From Candidatus Undinarchaeota archaeon (lineage in GTDB: Archaea > SpSt-1190 > JASMDC01), in assembly GCA_964519305.1 (NCBI GenBank), contig CAZFHY010000001.1, positions 282,132 to 346,131 of the forward strand: 64,000 bases of DNA, read 5' to 3'. The translations under genes and the position numbers were made by a program. How positions within the stretch are numbered: position 1 is the first letter of the stretch; every line of letters starts with the position of its first letter. The notes beneath the pieces were generated by a model. That model made no database searches. It was not told the DNA's origin and saw only the letters and a program-made list of their open reading frames with translations. This document shows positions 37,225 through 45,776 of the stretch, piece by piece.

Positions 37225-38498
37225 GCCTTCACCCCCTTGGTATCCAGCGCCTCTTTTAGACCGAACCGGATGACGTCGGCCATGATGCGCTCGTTGCCCA
37301 CTACCAGATGAAGCTCGCGCAGCTCGTCCGGCGTCTCGATGATCGCTTTCTCGAGGAATGTGCGAGCGGAGGGCAGGTCGGTCCCCACCATTCTTCCATA
37401 GACCGGCACGAGGCGTTTGTTGTCGCTGTGCCGTTCTCGCAGGGCCTGAACAAGCCCGCGGATGAACACGTCACAAGATGATATCCCACCGAACCGCGAT
37501 GTGACGACCACGTCCACACGGGGATCGTCCATGAGCAGGTGGAACATCTCGGCGACCTTGTTCTGACTGGGGCCTCCGCCGCTGTCCATGAAGTTCACGG
37601 GGACGGCTCGATCGTCCAGGTACCTCTTGCTGACGTTCACGACCTCGTCGATCGAGAAAATACCGTACCCGGCGCCACCAGGTACCAGACCAACGTAGAC
37701 CTTCTCAGGGTCCTTCTTCAGGTCCAGGGGTAAAAGGTCGACGTAGGGGAATCCAGCGTCACGGGCCCGGCGCTCATTGGCGGTGGGTTCGGCGACGTCG
37801 TGGCGCACGCTCCCGATGCCGAGCTGGGCGAGGAGCGCCTTCTGGCGATAGAGAGCATTATCGTCGATCACGAGCTTCGCGTCCACTGCCAACGGGCCCT
37901 CCGGTGTTATGAGGAGGGGATTGATCTCGCATACCTTGGCATCGACGTCCTGATAGAGGGCGTACACCCTGGCCACGACATCGGCCAGTTGCTCGACATC
38001 GGCGCCGGGTAGGTCCTTGGCGAGGAACTCGGCCAGTTTCCGGACAGTCTCTACGGGTAGTTCGGAACCATTGGACGTGATGGGCACTTTCATGATCGCC
38101 TCAGGCCGTGTGCGCGCCACCTCTTCGATGTCGACGCCACCGGAGGCGCTCACCATCATCACGTTGGTGTAGGTCGCAGGTTCCATGGTGGCGCCTACGT
38201 AGCAGGCGCCCTTTTCCTCGGCCATGGCCTCCACGGCGACCGTCTCTACAGGGTAGCCTTTGATGGACAGCGAAAATAGCTCGGCGACCGCGGACTTGGC
38301 CTCTTCAGGGGTCTTTGCCCGTTTGATACCACCGGCCTTACCCCTGCCACCCACAAGCACCATCGACTTGAGCATGACCGGGTACTTCACATCCAGCGAC
38401 CCGAACTCCTCGGGTTTGTGGATGACACCATAGAGAGCGGGTACCTTGATACCCTTGCTCACGAACACCTTCTTTGCCTCGTGCTCATAAAGACGCAT
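37221..38498 (-). CDS. ATP-grasp acyl-CoA synthetase beta subunit (SucC/AclB-like)
   Basis: MRLYEHEAK, KSMVLVGGRGKAGGI, SASGGVDIEE, EINPL, DAKL..DDNALYRQ, GAG, NFMDSGGG; ATGA overlap with the downstream gene. Confidence 0.88.
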   Translation of the reverse strand: MRLYEHEAKKVFVSKGIKVPALYGVIHKPEEFGSLDVKYPVMLKSMVLVGGRGKAGGIKRAKTPEEAKSAVAELFSLSIKGYPVETVAVEAMAEEKGACYVGATMEPATYTNVMMVSASGGVDIEEVARTRPEAIMKVPITSNGSELPVETVRKLAEFLAKDLPGADVEQLADVVARVYALYQDVDAKVCEINPLLITPEGPLAVDAKLVIDDNALYRQKALLAQLGIGSVRHDVAEPTANERRARDAGFPYVDLLPLDLKKDPEKVYVGLVPGGAGYGIFSIDEVVNVSKRYLDDRAVPVNFMDSGGGPSQNKVAEMFHLLMDDPRVDVVVTSRFGGISSCDVFIRGLVQALRERHSDNKRLVPVYGRMVGTDLPSARTFLEKAIIETPDELRELHLVVGNERIMADVIRFGLKEALDTKGVKA

Positions 38499-38610
38499 GA
38501 TCTGTAACCTCCATTATCAGGCGTGCACGCCCACTGGCCACATAGAAGGAGGAAATAAAAAGGTTGGTAAGGAACGCTGGCCCACACCACTACGGGACCG
38601 GGATGGCACC

Positions 38611-38871
38611 ATGATACGTCTGCGCACCGCCTTCAAGGTCGAGGAGCTGATTCCTTACGAGGTGGACTGCGCCGACCATTATTTCCTCCCCGGCCCGGAC
38701 CGACGCGTGCGGCACCCTGATCCCTTCTGGGTGTACGAGGTACCGGCAGAGGTGCTCCTAGGCAGCGCTTTGGACGATGACGTGGACCTTGGGAGCATCC
38801 CGGACAAGAAGGCTTTCTTCGAGGCGGTCAAGCAGCTCAAGGAACGCTTAACTGGAGGCGAAAGAGCATGA
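38611..38871 (+). CDS. Hypothetical protein
   Basis: 86 aa from ATG 38611; ATGA overlap with the next gene. Confidence 0.5.
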   Translation: MIRLRTAFKVEELIPYEVDCADHYFLPGPDRRVRHPDPFWVYEVPAEVLLGSALDDDVDLGSIPDKKAFFEAVKQLKERLTGGERA

Positions 38872-39797
38872 AGGACATGATCCTGACATATCTTGAACAG
38901 CACGGCCCGAGCCTGCCTGTCGAGGTGAGCTCGGACATGGAAGAGGATTCTCTCATCGTCGCCGCAATGCTCTCGGACCTGTCGCATCAGAAGCAGCTCA
39001 TCCACTCCAGGATGCGTGTCGGCTCGGTCTCTTTGTACGCGCTCCCGTCGCAGGCGGACGCTCTCCGAGAAAGACTGCGGAGAGATTTCATACAGGAGCC
39101 GGCCCAAGGCGCGATAACCCGCTTGGAGCGCGAGCATCTCATCATGGAGGAGGAGGCCCGGGGTCCTGAGCGGAAGGCGTTCGACATGGCAGCGGACTTC
39201 GCTGAACCATTGCGCATCCGTGTCGAGGGACGTGAGGTCCGATGCTGGGCGTGGCACGGGCTCACCGATGAAGAGGTCCGTACGCTGGTGGAGCGCAAGC
39301 TCATGCCCGCGGTGGAAAAGCCCGATGTGCCTGAACCACAGCCGACGGCACCCCCCGCGGCGCCCGCCCAGACTACCCTCCCTGTCCAGCAGCCCGCGCC
39401 AAGACCGGAACCGGCACCCGCGCCGGTCCCCGAACCCGCACCACCGCCAGTGAATGAAGCGGGCCTTGGCGAGGTCCCGCCGTCCGCAGCACCACTGCTA
39501 TCCCTGCTCAAGGGCTGGGGGCTGGACGTGCTCTCCCTGGAGGAGGAACGTAAGGGGACCGCGTACGGCGGACTGGTCGGTGCCGCTACGCCAGCGGGCG
39601 TCCAGACGTATATCCTGCGTTACCGTAACCTGAAGAAACAGGTGGGCCCCACTGACCTCATGGAGGCCTATGTCCAGGGTGTCGAGTCCAAGACACCGGT
39701 GCTCTACATCTCGGCTTCCGGCTTCTCCGACAAGGCACGAAAGTACCACCAGGAGAACTTCCCCAACTTCATCCTCCTCGTCGAGGGAGGGACCTGA
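38868..39797 (+). CDS. Conserved hypothetical protein: wHTH-like N-terminus, Pro-rich linker, restriction-endonuclease-like C-terminal fold
   Basis: ILTYL..HGPSLPVEV......SLIVAAMLSDL......SRMRVGS..LY.LP.Q is a pattern I recall from DPANN proteins. C-terminal KKQVGPTDL...PVLYISASGFSDKA. Confidence 0.7.
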   Translation: MKDMILTYLEQHGPSLPVEVSSDMEEDSLIVAAMLSDLSHQKQLIHSRMRVGSVSLYALPSQADALRERLRRDFIQEPAQGAITRLEREHLIMEEEARGPERKAFDMAADFAEPLRIRVEGREVRCWAWHGLTDEEVRTLVERKLMPAVEKPDVPEPQPTAPPAAPAQTTLPVQQPAPRPEPAPAPVPEPAPPPVNEAGLGEVPPSAAPLLSLLKGWGLDVLSLEEERKGTAYGGLVGAATPAGVQTYILRYRNLKKQVGPTDLMEAYVQGVESKTPVLYISASGFSDKARKYHQENFPNFILLVEGGT

Positions 39798-39799
39798 CC

Positions 39800-40075
39800 A
39801 TGGCACGGTTCCGCTGGTCCGAAAGCGTGGTGTCAGGTAAGGACGACCACGGTATGTACCTCCTCAACGAGAAGAGCGGGGAGACCAGCCGTTTGGACGA
39901 GGCCATGTTCTTCGTGTGGGCCCTCTGCGACGGTACCAGGAGCATCGAGGAGATGGCGCATCAACTGGCCGACGAGACAGGGGACCCGTACGAGGAGATG
40001 CTGTCGCTGGTGGCCAACATGCTCCGTTCGCTGGTGAACCTCCGTCTCGTGGTGCAGGTGGAAGAGACTCCTTGA
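39800..40075 (+). CDS. PqqD-family (RRE-like) protein
   Basis: YLLNE.SG...RLDE...FVWALCDGTRSIEEM...LA......EE....V..ML.SL....LV. Confidence 0.8.
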   Translation: MARFRWSESVVSGKDDHGMYLLNEKSGETSRLDEAMFFVWALCDGTRSIEEMAHQLADETGDPYEEMLSLVANMLRSLVNLRLVVQVEETP

Positions 40076-40121
40076 ACCCCGAGTGATGGTTCTTTAAAGC
40101 TGACCCGCCCCACGAGGAAAC

Positions 40122-40652
40122 ATGGCGCTCTACCAGTTCGAGGACATCGCACCTACTGTCGGCGAGTCCTCCTTCGTACATTCCCACGCTGATGTCGTGG
40201 GTGACGTGATCATCGGCGAGAATTGCTGGATTGGTCCCGGGGTCCGCATCCGTGGCGATTGCGAGCAGATCGTCATCGGTGACGGGACAAGCATTCAGGA
40301 CAACTGCGTGATCCACACCCGTGACGGGATGGTAACGACCATCGGCTCCGATGTCACGATCGGACACTGTGCCATCCTCCACTCCTGCACGATCGAGGAC
40401 AAGGCCATCGTCGGTATGGGCGCTATCATCACCGACGGCGCCGTGGTGGGCACAGGTGCCATCGTAGCGGAGGGGGCCGTGGTCAAGGCACGCCTGGACG
40501 TCCCTGCGAACTCCATCGTCGCCGGTGTACCCGCCAAGATCGTCGGCGAGGTTAAGCCCGAACAACGTGAACGAGTGCTATTCGGAGTAACGCACTACAT
40601 CGACATGTGCACACGCTACAAGGAGAGCATGCACCGGATCGATGAGGGCTGA
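40122..40652 (+). CDS. Gamma carbonic anhydrase family (PaaY/YrdA-like) protein
   Basis: Hexapeptide repeats; IRGD, IQDNCVIH, TIGH..ILH, GVPAK. Confidence 0.9.
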   Translation: MALYQFEDIAPTVGESSFVHSHADVVGDVIIGENCWIGPGVRIRGDCEQIVIGDGTSIQDNCVIHTRDGMVTTIGSDVTIGHCAILHSCTIEDKAIVGMGAIITDGAVVGTGAIVAEGAVVKARLDVPANSIVAGVPAKIVGEVKPEQRERVLFGVTHYIDMCTRYKESMHRIDEG

Positions 40653-40697
40653 GCGGTCGCGGACAGATTATTAAGACTTGACCCGCTCGTTCTGGCC

Positions 40698-41585
40698 ATG
40701 ACGTCCTCCGTCGCGCTCGCGCCCGAGGAGGTGGCCCGACTGAAAGCCGCCCTCAAGGAGGCGGGCATCGCTACACAGGACGGAAGCTCGCAGTACGAGG
40801 AGCTGCGGGTGAAGGATGGCGCCATATTCCTGGTCCTGTACACGTCCGGGAAGGTGGTGTTCAACGACAATGATGCCACACGCGAGCTCCTGGACCGGGC
40901 GGTCGCCCGCGACACCGATGACCGGCGCATGGTGGCCGGTTCTGACGAAGCGGGAAAGGGCGAATGGTACGGTAGCCTGGTCGTCGCTGCAGTGGCAATC
41001 TCACCAGACACAGCCCAGGAGATGCGGCTCGCGGGAGTGCGCGACTCCAAGACCCTGGACCCCCGGCGCAGGGAGGTCCTGGCCGGCCGTGTGCGGGAGA
41101 TGGCTTCGGCCTATGAAGTGCTCGCCATCGATGTGGCCGACTACAACAACCGGTACGCGGCTCTCCGGATCGAGGGCGGTTCGCTCAACCACCTGCTCGC
41201 CTGGGCCCATGCCAAGGTACTGCGTGCAGTGCTTTCCACAGCACCCGAGGAACCGTGGCGTGTCGTCGTCGACCGCTTCGACGAACGCAAGACGGAACAG
41301 GCCCTTTCCTGGATCGACCGGTCCCGCGTGGAGGTCTTCCAGCTCGAGGGAGCGGAAGCTCGGGAACCCGCGGTGGCGGCGGCCAGCATCCTGGCAAAGG
41401 ACACCTTCGACCGTTCGGTCGCATCGCTGGAGGAACGCTACGGTGTGAGCCTGCGCGGCAGTCAGCCCAAGGACGTCCCGCCACAGGTAGTGCGCAAGGT
41501 GGGTAAGCACCACTTCGCCAACGTGGCAGCGCGCCTGAAACCACCCTCTGCACCATCCCAGGCCTCGCTGTCAAGGTGGTCCTGA
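40698..41585 (+). CDS. rnhC: Ribonuclease HIII-type RNase H (N-terminal TBP-like domain plus type 2 RNase H)
   Basis: LVLYTSGKVVF in the N-domain; GSDEAGKGEWYG, GVRDSK.L, YN..Y, LNHLLAWAH, VDRF, VAAASILAK, KHHFANV. Confidence 0.8.
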   Translation: MTSSVALAPEEVARLKAALKEAGIATQDGSSQYEELRVKDGAIFLVLYTSGKVVFNDNDATRELLDRAVARDTDDRRMVAGSDEAGKGEWYGSLVVAAVAISPDTAQEMRLAGVRDSKTLDPRRREVLAGRVREMASAYEVLAIDVADYNNRYAALRIEGGSLNHLLAWAHAKVLRAVLSTAPEEPWRVVVDRFDERKTEQALSWIDRSRVEVFQLEGAEAREPAVAAASILAKDTFDRSVASLEERYGVSLRGSQPKDVPPQVVRKVGKHHFANVAARLKPPSAPSQASLSRWS

Positions 41586-42724
41586 TGGAGCCCGAAGTGC
41601 TCGTTGTGGGTGCCGGCCCCGGCGGATGCGCTACCGGCCGTGCTCTGGCGGAGGCGGGATTGCGCGTCACCGTCGTCGAGGAACATCCGCGTGGTCACCA
41701 CAAGGCTTGCGGCGAGGGCGTGCTGGCCACCACCTTCAGGTCCCAGGGTTTCGAGCCGGGAGCACCTTATGTCATGGGCGCGGTCGACCGGTTCTCGGTG
41801 ACCGTGCACGGCTCCCGCGTCTATGATAGAAGGTACCCGGACGCCCTGGGCTATACGGTGGACCGCTCTATGTTCGATGCCCACATGGCGGACGAGGCCG
41901 AGGATGCAGGGGCGAAGGTCGAGTTCGGTACATCGGCCGGCGGATTCGACGCTACCAACGGCGTTATCGACCGCATCGCCCTCCGCAGCTCATCAGGGAA
42001 CACGCGCACGGTCCGGCCGAAGATAGTGGTAGGTGCCGACGGCGTTGCTTCCCGCGTAGGCCGTGCTGTCGGGCTCGCCAGCCCGTTGCCGCCCAGCGAT
42101 CTGGCCCCGTGCGTCCAGACCGTGGTGCACGGACCGGTCGACGAAGGCCACTCGCGCATCGTGCTCGGCGACTTCGCTCCAGGAGGGTATGCCTGGTCGT
42201 TCGCCCGCGGTCCCCAATGTGCCAATGTGGGCGTGGGCGTCGATACCGAGTACGCCCACAATCTCAGCGGATACCTCGATTCGTTCCTCGCATCGCAGGA
42301 CGACCTTTCGGCGTGCACGAAGGGCGAGCTACGCTTCCTACCCGTGCCCTGCGGCGGGCTCGTCCCACGTCTTGCGGGCGGGAACACGGTGCTGGTGGGC
42401 GATGCAGCTCGTCAGAACGATCCCGTGAGCGCCGGAGGGATCCTCCAGGCCGTGGACGCAGGACGAATGGCTGCAGGGACCATCGCGGACGCCGTGTCCG
42501 CAGAGGACCTCGGGCTGCTTGAGCTCTACGACCGTGCATGGCGCAAGGTGCACGGTGGCAGATACTCATTCTCCCTACGCTTGAAGGAGGCCGCTCGCCG
42601 CCTACCACTGCGCCTGCTCGCCCCTGCGGCGAAGGCGGCCTTCACGCTGGTGAAAGGCGACGTGTTCTCGATCGGACGCGATGATGAGGAACGTATGAGC
42701 AAGGCCCTGGGCCGGTTCGGGTAG
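41585..42724 (+). CDS. Geranylgeranyl reductase family (digeranylgeranylglycerophospholipid reductase-like)
   Basis: VVGAGPGG, KACGEG, DRSMFD, GADG, APGGYAWSF, ANVGVG, VGDAA...DP...GGI; TGATG overlap. Confidence 0.88.
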   Translation: MEPEVLVVGAGPGGCATGRALAEAGLRVTVVEEHPRGHHKACGEGVLATTFRSQGFEPGAPYVMGAVDRFSVTVHGSRVYDRRYPDALGYTVDRSMFDAHMADEAEDAGAKVEFGTSAGGFDATNGVIDRIALRSSSGNTRTVRPKIVVGADGVASRVGRAVGLASPLPPSDLAPCVQTVVHGPVDEGHSRIVLGDFAPGGYAWSFARGPQCANVGVGVDTEYAHNLSGYLDSFLASQDDLSACTKGELRFLPVPCGGLVPRLAGGNTVLVGDAARQNDPVSAGGILQAVDAGRMAAGTIADAVSAEDLGLLELYDRAWRKVHGGRYSFSLRLKEAARRLPLRLLAPAAKAAFTLVKGDVFSIGRDDEERMSKALGRFG

Positions 42725-42727
42725 CAC

Positions 42728-43114
42728 CTAGAATGATCCTTGGTCCCAGCCCTTCTCCTCGATGCGGGCCGATATGAAATCTGCCAGACGCTCGAGGAAC
42801 GGTCGGTCGACCACCAGCGACGTCTTGATCCTGTCCCCGTGGAAGCTGAGCACCGGACCTCCTAGCTCAGGATCGTCGAACAGTTCCAGCAGGGGTCGCG
42901 TGTGCATCGAGGCCTGTATGCTCCCCGTGTCCAGGAACGCACGCACCTTGGTCACCAGATCACAGGCCAGGTCCCGATCCAGTTCCACTCTGATTGCTGC
43001 CAGCCCGGGCGGTGATATGACCAGCCCGATCAGGTCCGGACGTGCCCTGGACGATACCCTTGATACGGCAAGCGATATCCCTGACACAGGACCATCGTCG
43101 GGTGTGCCTGTCAT
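42728..43114 (-). CDS. Hypothetical protein
   Basis: 128 aa from ATG 43114; fills the gap between GGR and larC; no recognised motif. Confidence 0.5.
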   Translation of the reverse strand: MTGTPDDGPVSGISLAVSRVSSRARPDLIGLVISPPGLAAIRVELDRDLACDLVTKVRAFLDTGSIQASMHTRPLLELFDDPELGGPVLSFHGDRIKTSLVVDRPFLERLADFISARIEEKGWDQGSF

Positions 43115-43145
43115 GAGCGGATGATGACCGGTAATCCGTATAAGG

Positions 43146-43898
43146 CTATCGGGAGACGGGACGTCCAAGCTCGAGGCGCACCACGTTCGGCCATGGGAGC
43201 TCACGTGAGCCTATACCGATACCTGTCGTATCCACAGTCAGCTCCGGGTGGGAGAATGTCGCGATCTCGGCGAGCAAGGCTGCACCTGTCGGTGTGAGAA
43301 GCTCGGTGTCAGCATCCGGACGACGTCGGTACGACAGTCCGGCCTCCTCCAGCACGTTCCTTGTAGCGGGAGCTGGCACGGGAAGCACACCGTGAGCGCA
43401 GCGGACGGTCCCCGAACCCACGACGAGCGGGGAAGCAAAGAGACGGTCCACTCCAAGTAGCTCGAGCCCCAGCACGAACCCGACGGTGTCCACGATGGAG
43501 TCGACGGCCCCGATCTCATGGAACCTGACCTCAGATATGTCCGTGCCATGTGCCCTCGCTTCGGCACGCGCAAGCCTCCTGAACACCGCGATGCTCCGTG
43601 CCTTGACCTTGACCGACAGATCGCTCGCTCCTATGAGGTCCTCGATATCGTCCAGACATCGGTGCGGGGGATCATGCAGGTCCACCACCACGTCCAGAAA
43701 GGTGCCCTCGACACCCCGGCTCCTCCGTCTCTCTACAGTGATCTTCCAGCCGTCCACACCGAGCGTGGCCATGCCATCGTTCCAACTGACAAGATCGAGC
43801 CCGGCATCGGCGAGTGCGCCCAGGAGCATGTTGCCGCTAGCTCCGGAGGATATGTTCACATAGGCGACACGGTCCGATGACGTATGCGAAGAGGCCAT
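43146..43898 (-). CDS. larC: LarC-family nickel insertion protein, N-terminal domain only
   Basis: SGASGNMLLGAL, LARAEARAHG, FHEIGAVDSIVD, CAHGVLPVPAPAT, ELLTPTGAA, GIGIG.REL..PNVVR; ends without the C-terminal LarC domain. Confidence 0.85.
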   Translation of the reverse strand: MASSHTSSDRVAYVNISSGASGNMLLGALADAGLDLVSWNDGMATLGVDGWKITVERRRSRGVEGTFLDVVVDLHDPPHRCLDDIEDLIGASDLSVKVKARSIAVFRRLARAEARAHGTDISEVRFHEIGAVDSIVDTVGFVLGLELLGVDRLFASPLVVGSGTVRCAHGVLPVPAPATRNVLEEAGLSYRRRPDADTELLTPTGAALLAEIATFSHPELTVDTTGIGIGSRELPWPNVVRLELGRPVSR

Positions 43899-44009
43899 CA
43901 ACGTCGGTCCCTTTCCGGCTGTTGTATAAAAATGTATCAGTGGGGCTACTGCGACCATAAACCGGTACGCAATAATACCAGTAGATTAGCTGGTCACTAC
44001 GCCTGTCAA

Positions 44010-44690
44010 TCACCCGGCCATCAGAGCCGGCACGATCCGGTTCAGGCCATGGGCGGCCCAAGGTCCTGCGAGGTTACCGGTCCGGTGGGCGATGAGCGCC
44101 AAGAGCACACCCTGTACCGCCGTCACCAGGAGGAACGGCTGGCCGAAGTGCTGGGGGTGGGCCGCGATGAAGGTGGCCGTGGACACCAGGAAGGCGCGAC
44201 GCCACGAGGTCCTTCCAGCGAGCCATACCATGAGAACGCCCCGGAAGTAGAACTCCTCGGTGAACGCCTCGAGGAACATGAGCACGTGCCACAGAGCGTC
44301 GGGCGCGGGACGGGGTGTCGACGTCAGATGCACAAGCACTAGCGTGACCAGAGCGGCTATACATCCGAACACGAGGCTCTCTCGCAATCCTGCGCGTCCG
44401 ACACCGGTGGTCTTTGCGAGCTCACGCACGCCAACGCCCTCGATTATGTACAGCGCTCCTGCGGGAAGGAGCACGAACACGAGCATCTTTCCCAGGACGT
44501 ACCCGGCCGTGCCGTAACCGGCCGACAGGCCGCCCACAACGGGGTAGGCCAGCATCATAGCGGCACCGCACAGCAGAAGCCAGGCGGCAGTCCTCATCTC
44601 GCGCTCGTCACGAAGGACGTTGTAGAGGAGCAGAAGGACGAGAGGTCCCGGAAGAAAGGCCAGTGGATTGTCAGGCAGTAGCAGGGCCAT
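44010..44690 (-). CDS. CPBP (CAAX/Abi) intramembrane glutamic endopeptidase
   Basis: EEFYFRG, FIAAH, AHGLN motifs in a polytopic protein. Confidence 0.88.
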   Translation of the reverse strand: MALLLPDNPLAFLPGPLVLLLLYNVLRDEREMRTAAWLLLCGAAMMLAYPVVGGLSAGYGTAGYVLGKMLVFVLLPAGALYIIEGVGVRELAKTTGVGRAGLRESLVFGCIAALVTLVLVHLTSTPRPAPDALWHVLMFLEAFTEEFYFRGVLMVWLAGRTSWRRAFLVSTATFIAAHPQHFGQPFLLVTAVQGVLLALIAHRTGNLAGPWAAHGLNRIVPALMAG

Positions 44691-44702
44691 GTGACGGCAC
44701 CG

Positions 44703-45776
44703 TTACGACCGGGCGCCGATCGCGTCCCGATAGAGCTGGTGAACGTTCCTGGCGACCTCGGCCGCCTCCGTGTCGTCCAGACCATCGACTGTGATGCTCA
44801 TGGTGCCGTTCTTGACGGAAACGCCCGCCTCCCAGCTGTCGGTCGAGAAGCCCATGGTGAGGCTGGCCATCCGGCCCTGGGCGTCGAGGAGGTAGCTCTG
44901 ACTGATGTCGAGCTCGAGGGCGGATGCTTCGGCCACCCGCGTATCCTTCGCGTGCTGCTCGGCCTTCACGAACCCATCGCTGTAGGCTGCCATCTTGGCG
45001 GCCGTGGCCTTCTGCTCGACAATATCTGAGTGACCCCCGGCAGCGAGTATGGCCGCGGCCATGGGATCGAGTGTGTTGTAATCAGCAGGATCGACTGTGA
45101 TGCCCTGAGCTGAGAGCTCTGCTGCGAGAAGGGACTCGACGTCGTCGTAACCGTCCTTGGGAAGGTAGAGACCACCCTCGGTGGTCGTCCCCGCGGCAGG
45201 CCCGTAGGTGATATCCGTGGTCGTACCCTCCAGGTCATCGCCACGCCACCCTGTGTAGGTGGGAGCGCTCTCCCAGATGTTCACCTCGGTAGCGGCGGTC
45301 GTCTTGCGGTCGACCTTCTCCATTGCGGCTGCGAGCATCCGGGACCTTGCCGCCTCCCGGCGGTCCTGGACATAGTCGCCGTTGCCCTCCTTGGTCCACT
45401 GGTCGGCGAGGAGCGGGTTGATGTCACCGTAGTCCTGGAGGTTCGTGCTCACTCCGCTCTCCTTCACTATGTCCTTGAGGTATGCGTCGACGTCGCCGTC
45501 ATAGGTGAGGATGCCGCCCTCAGTAGTCCCGATCTTCGGGTCCTCGGCGGTCTGTGCGGGAAGGTCGAGGAGGTAACCCGTGGAGGCGCGCTCCTTGGCC
45601 TTCTCAGCGAGGGTATCGAGGTCGGTCTCGTACCCGGTGGGGAGGATGAGCCCTGACGAGGTCTCGGTGAACGCCTGCGGCTCGGAGCCATACGCGAGCT
45701 TGAGCTCGCGAGTCAGCCCAGTGTAGCCGTCCTCGGTGAGGAGGCCGTCCACAGGAAGATCGATCGTGTAGGTCAC
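44703..45776 (-). CDS. Acidic hypothetical protein with an internal duplication of about 65 aa
   Basis: 357 aa; GTG start overlapping the upstream stop (GTGA); GTTEGG...DY..(I/L)(N/D)P...G..D.V occurs twice. Confidence 0.75.
   Translation of the reverse strand: MTYTIDLPVDGLLTEDGYTGLTRELKLAYGSEPQAFTETSSGLILPTGYETDLDTLAEKAKERASTGYLLDLPAQTAEDPKIGTTEGGILTYDGDVDAYLKDIVKESGVSTNLQDYGDINPLLADQWTKEGNGDYVQDRREAARSRMLAAAMEKVDRKTTAATEVNIWESAPTYTGWRGDDLEGTTTDITYGPAAGTTTEGGLYLPKDGYDDVESLLAAELSAQGITVDPADYNTLDPMAAAILAAGGHSDIVEQKATAAKMAAYSDGFVKAEQHAKDTRVAEASALELDISQSYLLDAQGRMASLTMGFSTDSWEAGVSVKNGTMSITVDGLDDTEAAEVARNVHQLYRDAIGARS

Noticed and set aside
42728-43204. ORF downstream of larC as a frameshifted LarC C-terminal domain
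   Set aside because: No LarC2-type motifs (such as ETN(I/L)DD or MKK.RP) in its translation, and no obvious slippery site.
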